In this document: positions 17,331-27,801 of the stretch, in pieces | Numbering within the stretch: position 1 is the stretch's first letter | How the letters are laid out: every line of letters starts with the position of its first letter | Virus record (IMG/VR): IMGVR_UViG_3300027841_000073 | Coordinates: 9,713-73,712 of that record | DNA length: 64,000 bases | DNA from: a virus | Direction: 5' to 3' (one strand) | The notes under the pieces: model-generated | What the model saw: only the letters and a program-made list of their open reading frames with translations | What the model was told of the DNA's origin: nothing | Database searches by the model: none | Made by a program: the position numbers and the translations under genes

Positions 17331-18365
17331 TTAACCGACAGCCCTTACTAATCTGCGATTTCTGTGAATATACATACCAGTAGGTCCAACACCACTTGTT
17401 GTAACACCTACTCTACCAAGAATTTCAGCGCGTAAAGCACTACGTTTTGCCTTTGGTAAATGTTCATTCAAGTAATCTTGTATTCTACCTAATTCACTTT
17501 CAATAGGTCCGGTTCTATCATAATCCAAACTTACGGCTTGCCCTGAATACGCAAAAGCTAAATCAGTTTCCAACATGAATTGTGAATTAAGTAAATACCA
17601 AATACCCGCAAAGAAAATAAAAGGTTCCAATATAGTAGGAACACCTGTTAATCTATAAGAAGTAACTGGATACCAACCATTGATTACATCCATGCCGCCA
17701 AATAAAGCAAAGTTGATATCACTATCCAAGTACATTTGCGGTTCATTCATTTTCTTTATAATTCTATCCACAAAAAATCGTATTCTCGTTAAGTATTTCA
17801 ACATTCTTACAGGGGCTATTATTAAATTTTGATAATAATCCTGTAAATCCGTTTTCCATATTAAAGTATGTTCTTCTGTTCTCAAATAAGTAGAACTTAT
17901 ATCACAAGACAATTGTGTTCCTAAACGATGATCTACTATATCAACATCAATGCCTTCCAATATCAATTTGTCACTTACATATAAATTACAAATAGCATCG
18001 GAAGGACGTTGTGGAATAATTAATCTTGCATGGTAATCACTACCTGAAATTGCAAACTTACTCAATTCTCTTTGATATATTTCATCCTCTGTCAAATCAG
18101 GATCAACTACATCAAAATACATTGTCTTTTTTATATCACCATAATACCAAGTAATACTCCATTCTAAATCAGCGGTTGACGATGGTGCATTTACTGGAAT
18201 AGTAGCTTTTACTTCATACCAATGATCCTGATATTGAGGCGTACCCGTACCCGCTAAGAAAGTTTGATTAGTAGGAGTCTTGATAACAAACTCCGGTTCT
18301 GTTCCAAGACTTTCTTCAAAGTAAATTGAATATGTGTATTCCTTACTTTTTACAACAGGAGTCAT
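17331..18365 (-). CDS. Putative head-tail adaptor (neck) protein
   Basis: C-terminal E..LAFAYSGQAVSLDYDRT resembles large-myophage neck proteins; beta-rich N-terminus. Confidence 0.5.
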   Translation of the reverse strand: MTPVVKSKEYTYSIYFEESLGTEPEFVIKTPTNQTFLAGTGTPQYQDHWYEVKATIPVNAPSSTADLEWSITWYYGDIKKTMYFDVVDPDLTEDEIYQRELSKFAISGSDYHARLIIPQRPSDAICNLYVSDKLILEGIDVDIVDHRLGTQLSCDISSTYLRTEEHTLIWKTDLQDYYQNLIIAPVRMLKYLTRIRFFVDRIIKKMNEPQMYLDSDINFALFGGMDVINGWYPVTSYRLTGVPTILEPFIFFAGIWYLLNSQFMLETDLAFAYSGQAVSLDYDRTGPIESELGRIQDYLNEHLPKAKRSALRAEILGRVGVTTSGVGPTGMYIHRNRRLVRAVG

Positions 18366-18376
18366 TTAATTTCCTT

Positions 18377-18715
18377 TTAATTTAAATCTACTTTTATTTG
18401 AGTACGATTCTTATATTCAAATTTAATAGAAGTACTGCCTGTATCAGAACCACCAGAACCACCTATTAAAGTAGTATTAAGAAGATTAAAATAAACTTCA
18501 TCCCTTTTTTCTGCTATTACTTTTACAACTTTAGCTCCAACATATTTTATTTTACCTTGTAAAGTTACCTGACCTGTTTTAGGTACAACCATTTCTATAA
18601 ATGCATTTTTCCCATCATTTTCTTTAAAAAATTTTTCAATCGGGTTATCTTGTGCTGTTACTTTCTTTTGTCGATGTTTTAATATGAGTTGTTTCTCTTG
18701 CGCTGTTATTTTCAT
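18377..18715 (-). CDS. Tagged hypothetical protein
   Basis: MKITAQEKQLILKHRQKKVTA. Confidence 0.85.
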   Translation of the reverse strand: MKITAQEKQLILKHRQKKVTAQDNPIEKFFKENDGKNAFIEMVVPKTGQVTLQGKIKYVGAKVVKVIAEKRDEVYFNLLNTTLIGGSGGSDTGSTSIKFEYKNRTQIKVDLN

Positions 18716-18837
18716 TTTAGTTTCCTTTTGGGTAATTATATTTTGCGTAAATTCGCAAACAGTAATCTACAATCCCATGAACAGATTTTTCAAATTTATA
18801 TTTAAATTTTATAAATTTATTTTTTAAACACTTCATT

Positions 18838-19344
18838 TCAATTGTCCAAATATTCTTTGAGCCATTTTTTAGCTTGCGTAATTTTACGTGTATTAAACCT
18901 TGTAAATTCTTCGCCATTTAAAAATACTAAATAGATACCCTCTTTCGGTTCAAAAAATAAATCATATTTATTACCTTTATATTTAACACTACCTTCTCTT
19001 ACTGCTTTATCATATAGTTTTTGTACCTTGTCCAATAATTGTTTTTCATCCATTATATTTGATATTACTTTTCTACGTTTCAGAATGAATTGTTTTTCTT
19101 GTGAAGTAATTTTAAAAGACATAATTTGGTTCCTTCTTATTTCACGTATAGCATCATTATAAACCAATTGAAGTGGTAAGGGAATAATAGGTTCTGTATT
19201 TGTATACAAATATTGATTTACTAATTTTTGCAATTGAAATTCTTTAGATGAATCGAGACTATAATTATAAGATATCTTTTTTACTATTTTTTCAATAGTA
19301 GCTTCATCCAAATTTAAATTTTCTTGAGCAATTGCTTTATCCAT
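18838..19344 (-). CDS. Two-domain protein with internal tag
   Basis: Internal FKITSQEKQFILKRRKVIS at ~19072-19116. Confidence 0.85.
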   Translation of the reverse strand: MDKAIAQENLNLDEATIEKIVKKISYNYSLDSSKEFQLQKLVNQYLYTNTEPIIPLPLQLVYNDAIREIRRNQIMSFKITSQEKQFILKRRKVISNIMDEKQLLDKVQKLYDKAVREGSVKYKGNKYDLFFEPKEGIYLVFLNGEEFTRFNTRKITQAKKWLKEYLDN

Positions 19345-19350
19345 ATTTCT

Positions 19351-19887
19351 TTATAAATTGTAACTTTTTAAAACTTGATCCCATTCACGTACAAACATGG
19401 TAATCGTTTTTGAAGTTACATTACCCGCACTAGGATTTTCTCTGTCTCGTTTAAACTCTTTTCCATAAATAGCATCTAAAGCTTTATTACGTAAATCAAC
19501 ATCAAAGGTTTCATCCCCTTTGAATAAATGTACTTCAACATAACCGGCTTTACCACTAAAACTTTTATATTTTGCACTTTTGAGATTAAGTTTTTTAGTT
19601 AGTAAACGTAATCGTTTTACAATATCTTTTTGTTCATCCGTAGCACTCTGTATTTTACGCAATTTTAATATATATCTTTTTTCACTTGCTGTAATTTTGA
19701 ACATACTATCTCCTTTAGCCAAACTGACATTTAATACTTTTTTGAAAAGAGATTTTACTCCATCCCAATCATTAGCTTTAATGTAGTTTTCCATAAGGGA
19801 AATATATTTTTCATCGGCTTTCTGGTAGAACTTCACCATTTCCTCAAAACCTATATTTCCCTTATAGGATAAAGAAGTAATTTTCAT
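19351..19887 (-). CDS. Two-domain protein (YKGNIGFEEMVKFY module) with internal tag
   Basis: Internal MFKITASEKRYILKLRKIQS at ~19657-19704. Confidence 0.85.
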   Translation of the reverse strand: MKITSLSYKGNIGFEEMVKFYQKADEKYISLMENYIKANDWDGVKSLFKKVLNVSLAKGDSMFKITASEKRYILKLRKIQSATDEQKDIVKRLRLLTKKLNLKSAKYKSFSGKAGYVEVHLFKGDETFDVDLRNKALDAIYGKEFKRDRENPSAGNVTSKTITMFVREWDQVLKSYNL

Positions 19888-20534
19888 TAAACAATTTCAG
19901 CAACAAATGTAATTACTCTAACAACCATATCGCTGATAGTAACATCAAAATCGGTTGTTAATGTAATTTTGTCATTAACTGCATTAGGAGCAAACCCTAA
20001 TGGAGTAGCATGTTCCCACGAATTAACAGTAGTATTAGCGGCAACAGCAATGCCATCCACTATTTCATCAACAGCAATTGTTTTTCGCCCTGCATCCAAA
20101 GTAGTAGCACCGCCACCCGGAGCGGTAAGTACTTTAACAATAGCACCCACAAGATAAGAATTTGCTTTCACCAAATTAGCAACAGAATCCACACCCAATG
20201 AACCATCGCCAACAGCAATAGTAATATCCTCACTATATGCTTTAATGGTAAAATTAAACCCTAATTTAGTAACATTTACAGAGGGGAAACTTCTGGCAAG
20301 GTCTTCTACTTCCCCTGTATCCGAAAGGGTTGCACTATCGGAAGTAATGTTTACTAAACCTTTATCTACAGCCGCATCCAATTGTTCCTTTTCTTCTTTC
20401 GGCATTCTCAAATACTGTTCATCGGTAATTGACATTCCCGCATTAGTAAGTTGAACGCCATTGATAAAAAGAACCATGGAACCACTACGTCCTAAACCTG
20501 CAATCGCCGCTTTGTCCAACATAATGTGTAGCAT
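19887..20534 (-). CDS. Putative capsid decoration/structural protein, paralogue of 30491..31411
   Basis: Shared TIAVG.G, ANLV.A.S, APGGGATTLD.GR, IAVDE..DGIAVA, NSW.HA, TLTTD..VT.SDM. Confidence 0.55.
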   Translation of the reverse strand: MLHIMLDKAAIAGLGRSGSMVLFINGVQLTNAGMSITDEQYLRMPKEEKEQLDAAVDKGLVNITSDSATLSDTGEVEDLARSFPSVNVTKLGFNFTIKAYSEDITIAVGDGSLGVDSVANLVKANSYLVGAIVKVLTAPGGGATTLDAGRKTIAVDEIVDGIAVAANTTVNSWEHATPLGFAPNAVNDKITLTTDFDVTISDMVVRVITFVAEIV

Positions 20535-20549
20535 GATTTTTACTCCTTT

Positions 20550-20903
20550 TTAATTAAGTTCATTTCTGTTCATGTAAAAACCAATAATATAAGTATCTCG
20601 TTTGTTTGTGGTAGCTAAAAAGAAGTCTTTAGCACTTTTAATCTTACTTCTAATTTGTTGCTCTGTTTTTTTAAGAGTAACATCAAACCATATTTGAAAG
20701 CTATCATCTTGTATAACTAATTGTATATCAATCATTTTGTCTTGCTTGTTTAAAGCTTCGGATTTAACATTTATAAATTCTACTCCCCCTTTTAAAGTAG
20801 ACCCTCCTAATTTTTTAACCATTGCTTCATACAAATTAGTATTTTCAGCTTTTACTTGTCTACGTTTCAGAATCAATTGTTTTTCTTGTGCTGTAATCTT
20901 CAT
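20550..20903 (-). CDS. Tagged hypothetical protein
   Basis: MKITAQEKQLILKRRQVKA. Confidence 0.85.
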   Translation of the reverse strand: MKITAQEKQLILKRRQVKAENTNLYEAMVKKLGGSTLKGGVEFINVKSEALNKQDKMIDIQLVIQDDSFQIWFDVTLKKTEQQIRSKIKSAKDFFLATTNKRDTYIIGFYMNRNELN

Positions 20904-20904
20904 T

Positions 20905-21219
20905 TCAATTCTCCTTTGTGATTTCTAAGTTAAGGTTCATTTGGTACTGATTACCAAGATTAGTTACTACTTTTACTTTTATTGTGTAAGGGGAATAAGC
21001 ATAATCCCCCCCTTCTTGAATTTTAAAGATTATTTTAGCATCTTCCACTTTCTTAAATTCATCATCAATCATTATATTGGATACATCATTATTACTTTTA
21101 TCGAACACTTCCACATAAGAATCTAAAGTCAATTTTTCACCAGTAGCCATTTCCTTTATGAAATCACAAGTAATAGCCAATTTTTCATAATTGTATTTAA
21201 CTATATTATTCGATGCCAT
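20905..21219 (-). CDS. Small beta-rich putative virion protein
   Basis: Likely start MASNN (GGAG SD, promoter motif upstream) rather than track start 21318. Confidence 0.6.
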   Translation of the reverse strand: MASNNIVKYNYEKLAITCDFIKEMATGEKLTLDSYVEVFDKSNNDVSNIMIDDEFKKVEDAKIIFKIQEGGDYAYSPYTIKVKVVTNLGNQYQMNLNLEITKEN

Positions 21220-21270
21220 GGCATTTACTCCATACAATTCATTGAATATTCTTTTTATTTGTTTTCGTGT

Positions 21271-21282
21271 AAATACATATAC
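21271..21282 (-). promoter_or_regulatory. Candidate late promoter GTATATGTATTT
   Basis: Upstream of the revised start at 21219. Confidence 0.45.
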
Positions 21283-21314
21283 ATTTGTAGTATAATAATT
21301 AAAAGATATTTTTC

Positions 21315-22511
21315 TCATACATACCTCTTTACTGGTATTACCTTACGTGGTTTACCTTTTCCTTTATCGACTGCAAATTTTTTATAGAAAGTCATGGTAA
21401 TTTTTACAACTTTTTCCTTCCCACCTTTCCAGAATTTTTCATTTAAAATTTTATAATCCGCTTTATAACCTAATACATTTTTAGCTTTTCCACCTTTGGG
21501 AATAAACAAATTTCTAAGCATAGCAAGTTTTTCATGGTATTTGCTTTCGTCTACATTACTAATGCTTATTACTTTTCCATCTTTTATAATCGCTAAATCC
21601 TTAAATGGGTAATAAGCAGTAACAACAGGGTTGTAATTATTTACATCCAGTTTTATTAATTGTGAATCTTTTTCAATAATGGCTTTAGCATCTTTGCGTA
21701 CTTTTAACAGATTGTCCTTACCTCTGTTTTTTACAAATACCCCTAATCCATAATAATCAAAATTCGATACTACATCATCAATAGCTTTTTCAACATTATC
21801 CCTTGCTACTAAAATACTACTTTTGAAAGGGGGTTCCGGTATTACATCGGTAAATACATTGAGCATTATGGTGGAGTAATCACCATCCGCAATGCGTAAC
21901 CATTGAGAAAGTACAACATATATAGTAGTTCTGCTAAAAGATTTTTGCTCTTTCTCTTTTAGATTAGCATTTAATTCAAGATAGTACATAAAATATAATT
22001 TCTCATTAGTAAAATCCCCACTTTTACCAATATAAGAAACCTTACTACTTTTATCGACTTTAAATTTTGAAATATCCAATTTACTATTGGCATCCCCCAC
22101 TAAACCATCGAATAATTTATCCCCTACTATTTTCATGTCTTTTGACATTTTATTTTTAGCGATTACATTCAATGTTTGTTGCAATGATTCATAAGCATCT
22201 AGAATATAATTTTGGTTAAGCTGAACCATTTTGCGGGACATATCCAACTGTTTAGGCATATTAGTAGAAGTATAAAAATCATCCAAGCGTTTTGATAATT
22301 CAGCTATATCCGAACTCAATTTTTTATGATTACCTAATTTATCAAAAATCTGCTTGATTTGTGGAATAGAAAATTGTTTTAATTTCTTAGCCCCTAAAGC
22401 GAATTTGTTTATTCGCTTGACAGCCTCTTTGAAATCTTCCACTTGTTTTTTTAATTGAGGAAGTACATCTTCAATTTGCTGAATCTGTTTTTCAATGTCT
22501 TTATTAGGCAT
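21315..22511 (-). CDS. Hypothetical protein with N-terminal coiled coil
   Basis: 398-aa ORF in operon. Confidence 0.8.
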   Translation of the reverse strand: MPNKDIEKQIQQIEDVLPQLKKQVEDFKEAVKRINKFALGAKKLKQFSIPQIKQIFDKLGNHKKLSSDIAELSKRLDDFYTSTNMPKQLDMSRKMVQLNQNYILDAYESLQQTLNVIAKNKMSKDMKIVGDKLFDGLVGDANSKLDISKFKVDKSSKVSYIGKSGDFTNEKLYFMYYLELNANLKEKEQKSFSRTTIYVVLSQWLRIADGDYSTIMLNVFTDVIPEPPFKSSILVARDNVEKAIDDVVSNFDYYGLGVFVKNRGKDNLLKVRKDAKAIIEKDSQLIKLDVNNYNPVVTAYYPFKDLAIIKDGKVISISNVDESKYHEKLAMLRNLFIPKGGKAKNVLGYKADYKILNEKFWKGGKEKVVKITMTFYKKFAVDKGKGKPRKVIPVKRYV

Positions 22512-22524
22512 GACGTTTACCCTT

Positions 22525-22809
22525 CTATTTGATTTTATCTTGCAAAGAATTTATGAATTTATATATAAGAACTCTTTGCTGTTCACCGAGTTTACTAATT
22601 TGTTTTACCATTTGCATTATCTCACTATCCTTGCTTTTTTCAGCCATTTTATATAGCATCAAATAAGTAGAATTGATATCATTATTATTTATTTTTGCTT
22701 CTAATTCATCAACCATTTTTTTAATTGGTACAATATAAGCTTTATCAGATAAAGCAAAAGTTTTACGTTTATTTAAAATCAATGCTTTTTCTTTTGCTGT
22801 AATCTTCAT
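22525..22809 (-). CDS. Tagged small helical protein
   Basis: MKITAKEKALILNKRKTFA. Confidence 0.85.
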   Translation of the reverse strand: MKITAKEKALILNKRKTFALSDKAYIVPIKKMVDELEAKINNNDINSTYLMLYKMAEKSKDSEIMQMVKQISKLGEQQRVLIYKFINSLQDKIK

Positions 22810-22864
22810 TTCAATTCTCCTTTTTGATGTTAGCTAATACATAAACTTAAACATTATAAATCCT

Positions 22865-23851
22865 TTATGGTTCGATTGCAAAATAAAATAAAGGTTTAAT
22901 TATATTAGGATTATAAACTACTAATTGTAAATCCTTAACTAATAATGCTTGTTTATTTTTACCAAATAATTTTTTTACTACATCTTTAAAATGTTTTGAT
23001 TGTTCTCCCATATCTTCCCCGGCTACTTTCTCTAACTCAATTCTAAGTTTACCTCCATTAGTATTTTCTTTTGTATCTGCAAAATCCATAGCATCAATTT
23101 CAATAATATATTTAGGATCAATTTTTACACCAAATACATAATCACCATATCTTCTTGCAAAAGAAAGTTCTGGAGCAAAATAAACCCCTAAACCCCAATT
23201 ACTCATACCAAAATATTTAGTCTGTTTTTTAAATTTAATATTTGGTGATAAAAAATGAATCCTGTTAATTTTTCCTTTATTAAATAAGTCTACTACTTCT
23301 TTTGGCAGAACTTTTAATTTTTCTTGAGTTTCTTTATCATCTTTATTTATTTTTAAAATTATACCGCGTGTAAAATTACTGGCAAAAAGTAATTCTTTTT
23401 GAGTACATCTATAATAGGTATCATTGGATATAGCTTTAATCCTATATTTTAATATGAGTTGTTTTTCTTGTGCTGTAATCTTGAACATAGCTGTTACCTT
23501 TGGCTTTCTATACATTTTATAGGATGATAATCTAAAGTCCTTGTTCCTACCTTTATTTTCATAAAAGCCAAACTGCTTATAAAACTTTACTAATCTGTTT
23601 CTAGAAGTAGTACCTTTACGATCATCCTTTAAGGCAGGTGTTAATTCTACCATTTTATTGTTTTGATCCGCATAGTCAGTAATACTCTTTATTATTTCAG
23701 AACCAATACCTTGTTTTCTATTTTCTTTTGGTACTACAATGTTATCAATTATAATACTATTATCTCTTTTGTTATCCACAAGATATAAGTTTAAACCCTT
23801 TACTTTATCCCGCCAATACTTCTCTATTTGTTCTATACTGGTAAATTTCAT
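22865..23851 (-). CDS. GNAT acetyltransferase + internal tag + ADP-ribosyltransferase-like domain
   Basis: VVPKENRKQGIGS and LVKFYKQFGF (GNAT); KVTA-MFKITAQEKQLILKYR; YYRCT...GLGVYFA..SFARRYG...QLVVYNP. Confidence 0.75.
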   Translation of the reverse strand: MKFTSIEQIEKYWRDKVKGLNLYLVDNKRDNSIIIDNIVVPKENRKQGIGSEIIKSITDYADQNNKMVELTPALKDDRKGTTSRNRLVKFYKQFGFYENKGRNKDFRLSSYKMYRKPKVTAMFKITAQEKQLILKYRIKAISNDTYYRCTQKELLFASNFTRGIILKINKDDKETQEKLKVLPKEVVDLFNKGKINRIHFLSPNIKFKKQTKYFGMSNWGLGVYFAPELSFARRYGDYVFGVKIDPKYIIEIDAMDFADTKENTNGGKLRIELEKVAGEDMGEQSKHFKDVVKKLFGKNKQALLVKDLQLVVYNPNIIKPLFYFAIEP

Positions 23852-25101
23852 ATTTTTTCACCTAAATCTTTTACTTCTAATACTGCTTCAGGTGGAACTC
23901 GATATTCACGTTCACCGGGGAAGTACTCTATATTATCACTTGATATATCTACTTTCGCTTTTATAATGCCAATATCTTTAATATTTACTTTATGAAATTG
24001 AGTAAGCATACGTTTATCAACTTCCACCATTACAGGATTACTTCTGATCTTACTCATTGTTAAATAATAATTGAAATATTTTATCAATTGGATTAAATTT
24101 TCAGGTTCACTATCCCTATATAGAGAACCATATCTTGTAGGTTCAGGTAAATCAATTTTTTCACGTTTATACCAATCTTTAATTGTTTCCCATTTCAATT
24201 TGTTTTGTACTATCATAGCTACTTCTTTAAAGTACCTTGCTATATCGTGGGCTATGGCTAAATCATGGGTAAATGAAATCAGTTTACCACTACCACCCCC
24301 TAAATAACCTAAACCTGTCATATGTTCCGGTTTAACTTTACTAAATCCATTTTTAAGAATTTCAGTTTTATACATAGTAGCATGGTATAATACTTCTACT
24401 TTTTCACTTTTGGGTTTTTTCTCCCTACCCATTTCAGCATTCCATAAAAATTCTCTGTATACCAATTGTTCTTTTGCTTTGTTTTCTACTTTCAACAGAA
24501 AATCAAGTATTTTGTTCAAGAAGTTTTTCAGTATTATAAAGAACCTGTATAACTCCAAACCTTGTTTATAGGAATCAGAATAGTCATCGTTTTTTTCAAT
24601 ACCTTTTTCGTAGGTTTCAATCGCATACTCAATTCTTTCTTTATGTTCTATAAACTGTTTTTCTAATTCTTCTTTGTCTCTCTTTATATTCTCAAATAAT
24701 CGACTACTACTTAAATTTATTGAATAGCCAAATAATTTATGCAAATAAGGCCAATCAATTTTTTCATCTTTAGGTTGAAGTAAATTAAGTATGCTTTGAA
24801 AATCCCCTTTTACTTTATCAAGCCCATCATATTTTTCATTAAGTAATTCGAATATACTTTTAACATCAACAGGTTCATACTTACTATTAAAAAAGTCATG
24901 CATTGCATCTTCTACAGCATCATTGGATTTACTTATTTCATTATACGTATTCTGTAATTGTTCTGCTTCTTTTAATAAAACATCTACTTCTTTCATTCTA
25001 CTTTTGAAATAGGGAATCCATGCCCGAATAGGGGTTGCTATTTTAGCAATGGCTTTTCGCCTGTTGAATATGAATTGTTTTTCTTCTTTAGTAATCAGCA
25101 T
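23848..25101 (-). CDS. Tagged helical protein with C-terminal ART-like domain
   Basis: MLITKEEKQFIFNRRKAIA; VLYHAT...ILKNGF...ISFTHDLAIA...GEREYRV. Confidence 0.65.
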   Translation of the reverse strand: MLITKEEKQFIFNRRKAIAKIATPIRAWIPYFKSRMKEVDVLLKEAEQLQNTYNEISKSNDAVEDAMHDFFNSKYEPVDVKSIFELLNEKYDGLDKVKGDFQSILNLLQPKDEKIDWPYLHKLFGYSINLSSSRLFENIKRDKEELEKQFIEHKERIEYAIETYEKGIEKNDDYSDSYKQGLELYRFFIILKNFLNKILDFLLKVENKAKEQLVYREFLWNAEMGREKKPKSEKVEVLYHATMYKTEILKNGFSKVKPEHMTGLGYLGGGSGKLISFTHDLAIAHDIARYFKEVAMIVQNKLKWETIKDWYKREKIDLPEPTRYGSLYRDSEPENLIQLIKYFNYYLTMSKIRSNPVMVEVDKRMLTQFHKVNIKDIGIIKAKVDISSDNIEYFPGEREYRVPPEAVLEVKDLGEKI

Positions 25102-25973
25102 TATTTTCTACCTTTATATGGTTCAAAGTCTGTACGATATATATTAAAATCTGTACCACCTTTTTGCCATCTTATTTCATAGAATTGATAATCATTTGTA
25201 TCAGACTCATATAATCTTTTTAATCTTGGATATGAATCCAAAGCATAGGTATCTGTCCTACCTTCAAAAAATTTCATTTGTTTTAATACATCATCCTTAT
25301 TACTTAAATTACTTTTTCGTTTATTAAGAATAACCCCTACTATACCTGTATCAATATTCTTTACTTTTGCACCTATATCCGTTTCACCCGCTAATGACGG
25401 ATCAACTTCAAAAATTTTATCTGTATCGAATACTACTATTTGGTTACTGTCAAAACTCCTACCTATTGTTTTACCTTTGTAATAAATAGCATCGAATTTC
25501 TTTTTAAGGTTTTCTGTCATTATTCTTGTTTGCTCTACTCTGTTATCGAAACTTTGCCTTGAAAGCATTGGATCAAATCCATATTCCATCCACCATTTAG
25601 TAAAAGTATTTACACTTTGATAATTGATTTGTTCAAGCCTTGGTACATTTAAGTAGTACATCTTTGCACCCTTTAAACTACCCCTACCATACATCTTTGC
25701 TACATTTTTACTCGTTGTAAAATAAATACCAAAACCCATTAAATGAACGGGCATCTTTTCAGAATCTTTACCAGTAAACCCATTTCTGATTAAACCTTCT
25801 CCGGGTAATCCTTCAAAAATTTTAAACCCTTCTTCTTTTATATTTTTCAATCGTTCCTGTTCCGTACCATGCCAAACAGGTCCAAAGTAATGTTTATCAA
25901 TAGCTTCTTGTTGTGAAATCTTTTTTACATTTGCAAGAATATATGATTTATCTTGCGCTGTTATCTTGAACAT
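25101..25973 (-). CDS. ADP-ribosyltransferase-like protein with degenerate tag
   Basis: VWHGT...IKEEGF...GFGIYFTTSKNVAKMY...NQIVVFD (H-Y-Q/E-type ART pattern). Confidence 0.7.
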   Translation of the reverse strand: MFKITAQDKSYILANVKKISQQEAIDKHYFGPVWHGTEQERLKNIKEEGFKIFEGLPGEGLIRNGFTGKDSEKMPVHLMGFGIYFTTSKNVAKMYGRGSLKGAKMYYLNVPRLEQINYQSVNTFTKWWMEYGFDPMLSRQSFDNRVEQTRIMTENLKKKFDAIYYKGKTIGRSFDSNQIVVFDTDKIFEVDPSLAGETDIGAKVKNIDTGIVGVILNKRKSNLSNKDDVLKQMKFFEGRTDTYALDSYPRLKRLYESDTNDYQFYEIRWQKGGTDFNIYRTDFEPYKGRK

Positions 25974-25982
25974 GTTTGCCTC

Positions 25983-26387
25983 TTATCTATTAATATTAAT
26001 TTCAATTTCCAAACTTATTATTTGTTCATTTACTTCTTGTATCTTTTTATTTACATCTTCATAATCTTTATTAAGATTTGCATCATTAGGATATCTTAAA
26101 AGCAGTTCTCTTAAACGTAGTCTGTATTCTACTAATTCATATTTTTTGATATAGAGTCTACTTATAGCCTCTTGCTTTTGATTTTGCTTGGATTGCTCTA
26201 TTCTATAATTTTCCACTTGTTGAAATTGCTTTACTGTTTCTTCCCTGAATGTTTCAAGCCCTGCAATAATAAGTTCCTTGTCCTTGGCATACACTTCTTT
26301 TTGAAGATAAATATTATTCAAGCCCCATACTATACTTAACAAGCCCCCTATGAGTACAACAACACTCGCTGTCTTTTTAAAATTCAT
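25983..26387 (-). CDS. Membrane-anchored coiled-coil protein
   Basis: Likely start MNFKK (AAGGAGG SD); one hydrophobic segment followed by coiled coil. Confidence 0.65.
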   Translation of the reverse strand: MNFKKTASVVVLIGGLLSIVWGLNNIYLQKEVYAKDKELIIAGLETFREETVKQFQQVENYRIEQSKQNQKQEAISRLYIKKYELVEYRLRLRELLLRYPNDANLNKDYEDVNKKIQEVNEQIISLEIEININR

Positions 26388-26528
26388 TTTTTCCTCCTTA
26401 ATATAAACAGATAAACAAGTATCCCATACACATAAGTAAAAGGCTGAAAAATAAAAGTAGGTAAAAAAATGAACATACCTACCATTACTTTCCAAGGCAT
26501 CTGAATAGAATGAAATCTATTATGATAC

Positions 26529-27104
26529 TCATTTATAGAGTTTGGAAATTTTAAAGTCATTTTTGAATTGAACATTGGTAAACTCCTTTTTAAGAAGTAT
26601 TGTCATTTTTTCCAATGCTTTTTTCATGATGCTACTTTCCAATAAAGCATGTTGTTTTACCTTTGTTATGTTTTTTCTATTAATGGTATTCACTATGCTT
26701 TTATAATAATATTTCATGAATGTACTGGAATAACCTTTGCCGCGATACGGGTAAAATACTTCTACATAGGTTATAGCAGTATAAAATTCATTACCCGTTA
26801 TCCTATGGTCTATTCTTGCACCACCTACTATTGTATTGTTGTCAATAAACCAGTTTGTTTTTTCAGCACCATCCATATAAGATTGAATATACTTGTTATC
26901 TTTTTTAACTGCAATTCTACTTTTCAATTGGTTATTGTAAGTAAACGTGTAAAATATAACATCGTCTTTTTGTTTATTCAAAAAGTCATTTACTTTTTTG
27001 TAAAATACTTTATCATCCAATTTGTCTCTGTTCAAATGGAAATGTGTTTTGGTATTTGTCTTTTTCTTTATCACTTCCAGTAGAATAGCATTACTAATTT
27101 TCAT
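26529..27104 (-). CDS. GNAT-like acetyltransferase
   Basis: ITYVEVFYPYRGKGYS acetyl-CoA motif A; start revised to MKISN. Confidence 0.6.
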   Translation of the reverse strand: MKISNAILLEVIKKKTNTKTHFHLNRDKLDDKVFYKKVNDFLNKQKDDVIFYTFTYNNQLKSRIAVKKDNKYIQSYMDGAEKTNWFIDNNTIVGGARIDHRITGNEFYTAITYVEVFYPYRGKGYSSTFMKYYYKSIVNTINRKNITKVKQHALLESSIMKKALEKMTILLKKEFTNVQFKNDFKISKLYK

Positions 27105-27105
27105 T

Positions 27106-27732
27106 TTAGTATCCATAGTCGATAAGTACAAGACGGTTAAGGAAAATACCCCAACTGGAAGGACGAATAAAATCACCCCCAAAACCTATACTAGGAGTAT
27201 CAGGGGAATTCTTTTTTCCATCTAAATACACATTAGCTAAACCTTTTTCACCACCCCAATCCCAATTACCTAATTCCTGCCACTTTTCGTCAGCAAGTAA
27301 TTCCATTCTACTAAGATGATTAAAACGATAATCATCTATGAATACTTCTTTTATACCTATGGCATTTTTCATGGCTTGACTGAATTTTTTCAACGGTTTT
27401 GCATAGGCCATAATAAGAATTTTACAATCGTCACTTAATGCATATACAGGGCATAAAATTTTAGGGCTACCCATTATCCTGTAAACGTCATCTTGTCTTA
27501 CATTTTGGTCTTCACCTAATTCATTTAAAGCCCTTTTTACTACAAAGTTTCTATTCTTTAATTTGAAAATATATACTTCTCTGCCTTTACCCCTGCCTAC
27601 TGGTTTACCAAATTTTGCAATGAAATCCTTTTGGGTTTTACCTTGCATTGAATCAGCTAATTCTTTAAAGGGTTTTAATATCCCTCTACGTGCAAGTATA
27701 AATTGTTTTTCACTCGCTGTTATCTTGAACAT
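27106..27732 (-). CDS. Tagged protein kinase-like protein
   Basis: MFKITASEKQFILARR; GRGKGREVY, VVKRA, GDF.R..SWG, VLIDYG. Confidence 0.65.
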   Translation of the reverse strand: MFKITASEKQFILARRGILKPFKELADSMQGKTQKDFIAKFGKPVGRGKGREVYIFKLKNRNFVVKRALNELGEDQNVRQDDVYRIMGSPKILCPVYALSDDCKILIMAYAKPLKKFSQAMKNAIGIKEVFIDDYRFNHLSRMELLADEKWQELGNWDWGGEKGLANVYLDGKKNSPDTPSIGFGGDFIRPSSWGIFLNRLVLIDYGY

Positions 27733-27801
27733 CTTTTTCTTCCTTTGGTTCATGTAAAGAATATAATGTTTTTAGTAGTACTCTCCATATAAAAGAAAAC
27801 A

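Noticed and set aside
18717-18917. 66-aa ORF overlapping 18838..19344
   Set aside because: Its 5' part overlaps a tagged gene; at most a 39-codon ORF from 18836 with no recognisable features.
25983-26575. Holin/spanin lysis cassette
   Set aside because: Hydrophobic ORFs are present, but there is no lipobox or adjacent endolysin to support the call.
26529-27104. MKISNAILLEVIKKK (also MKISDY at 34211 and MKITSLS at 19887) as tag copies
   Set aside because: Only MKI[ST] matches; the EK..IL.RR core is missing, so they were not counted.
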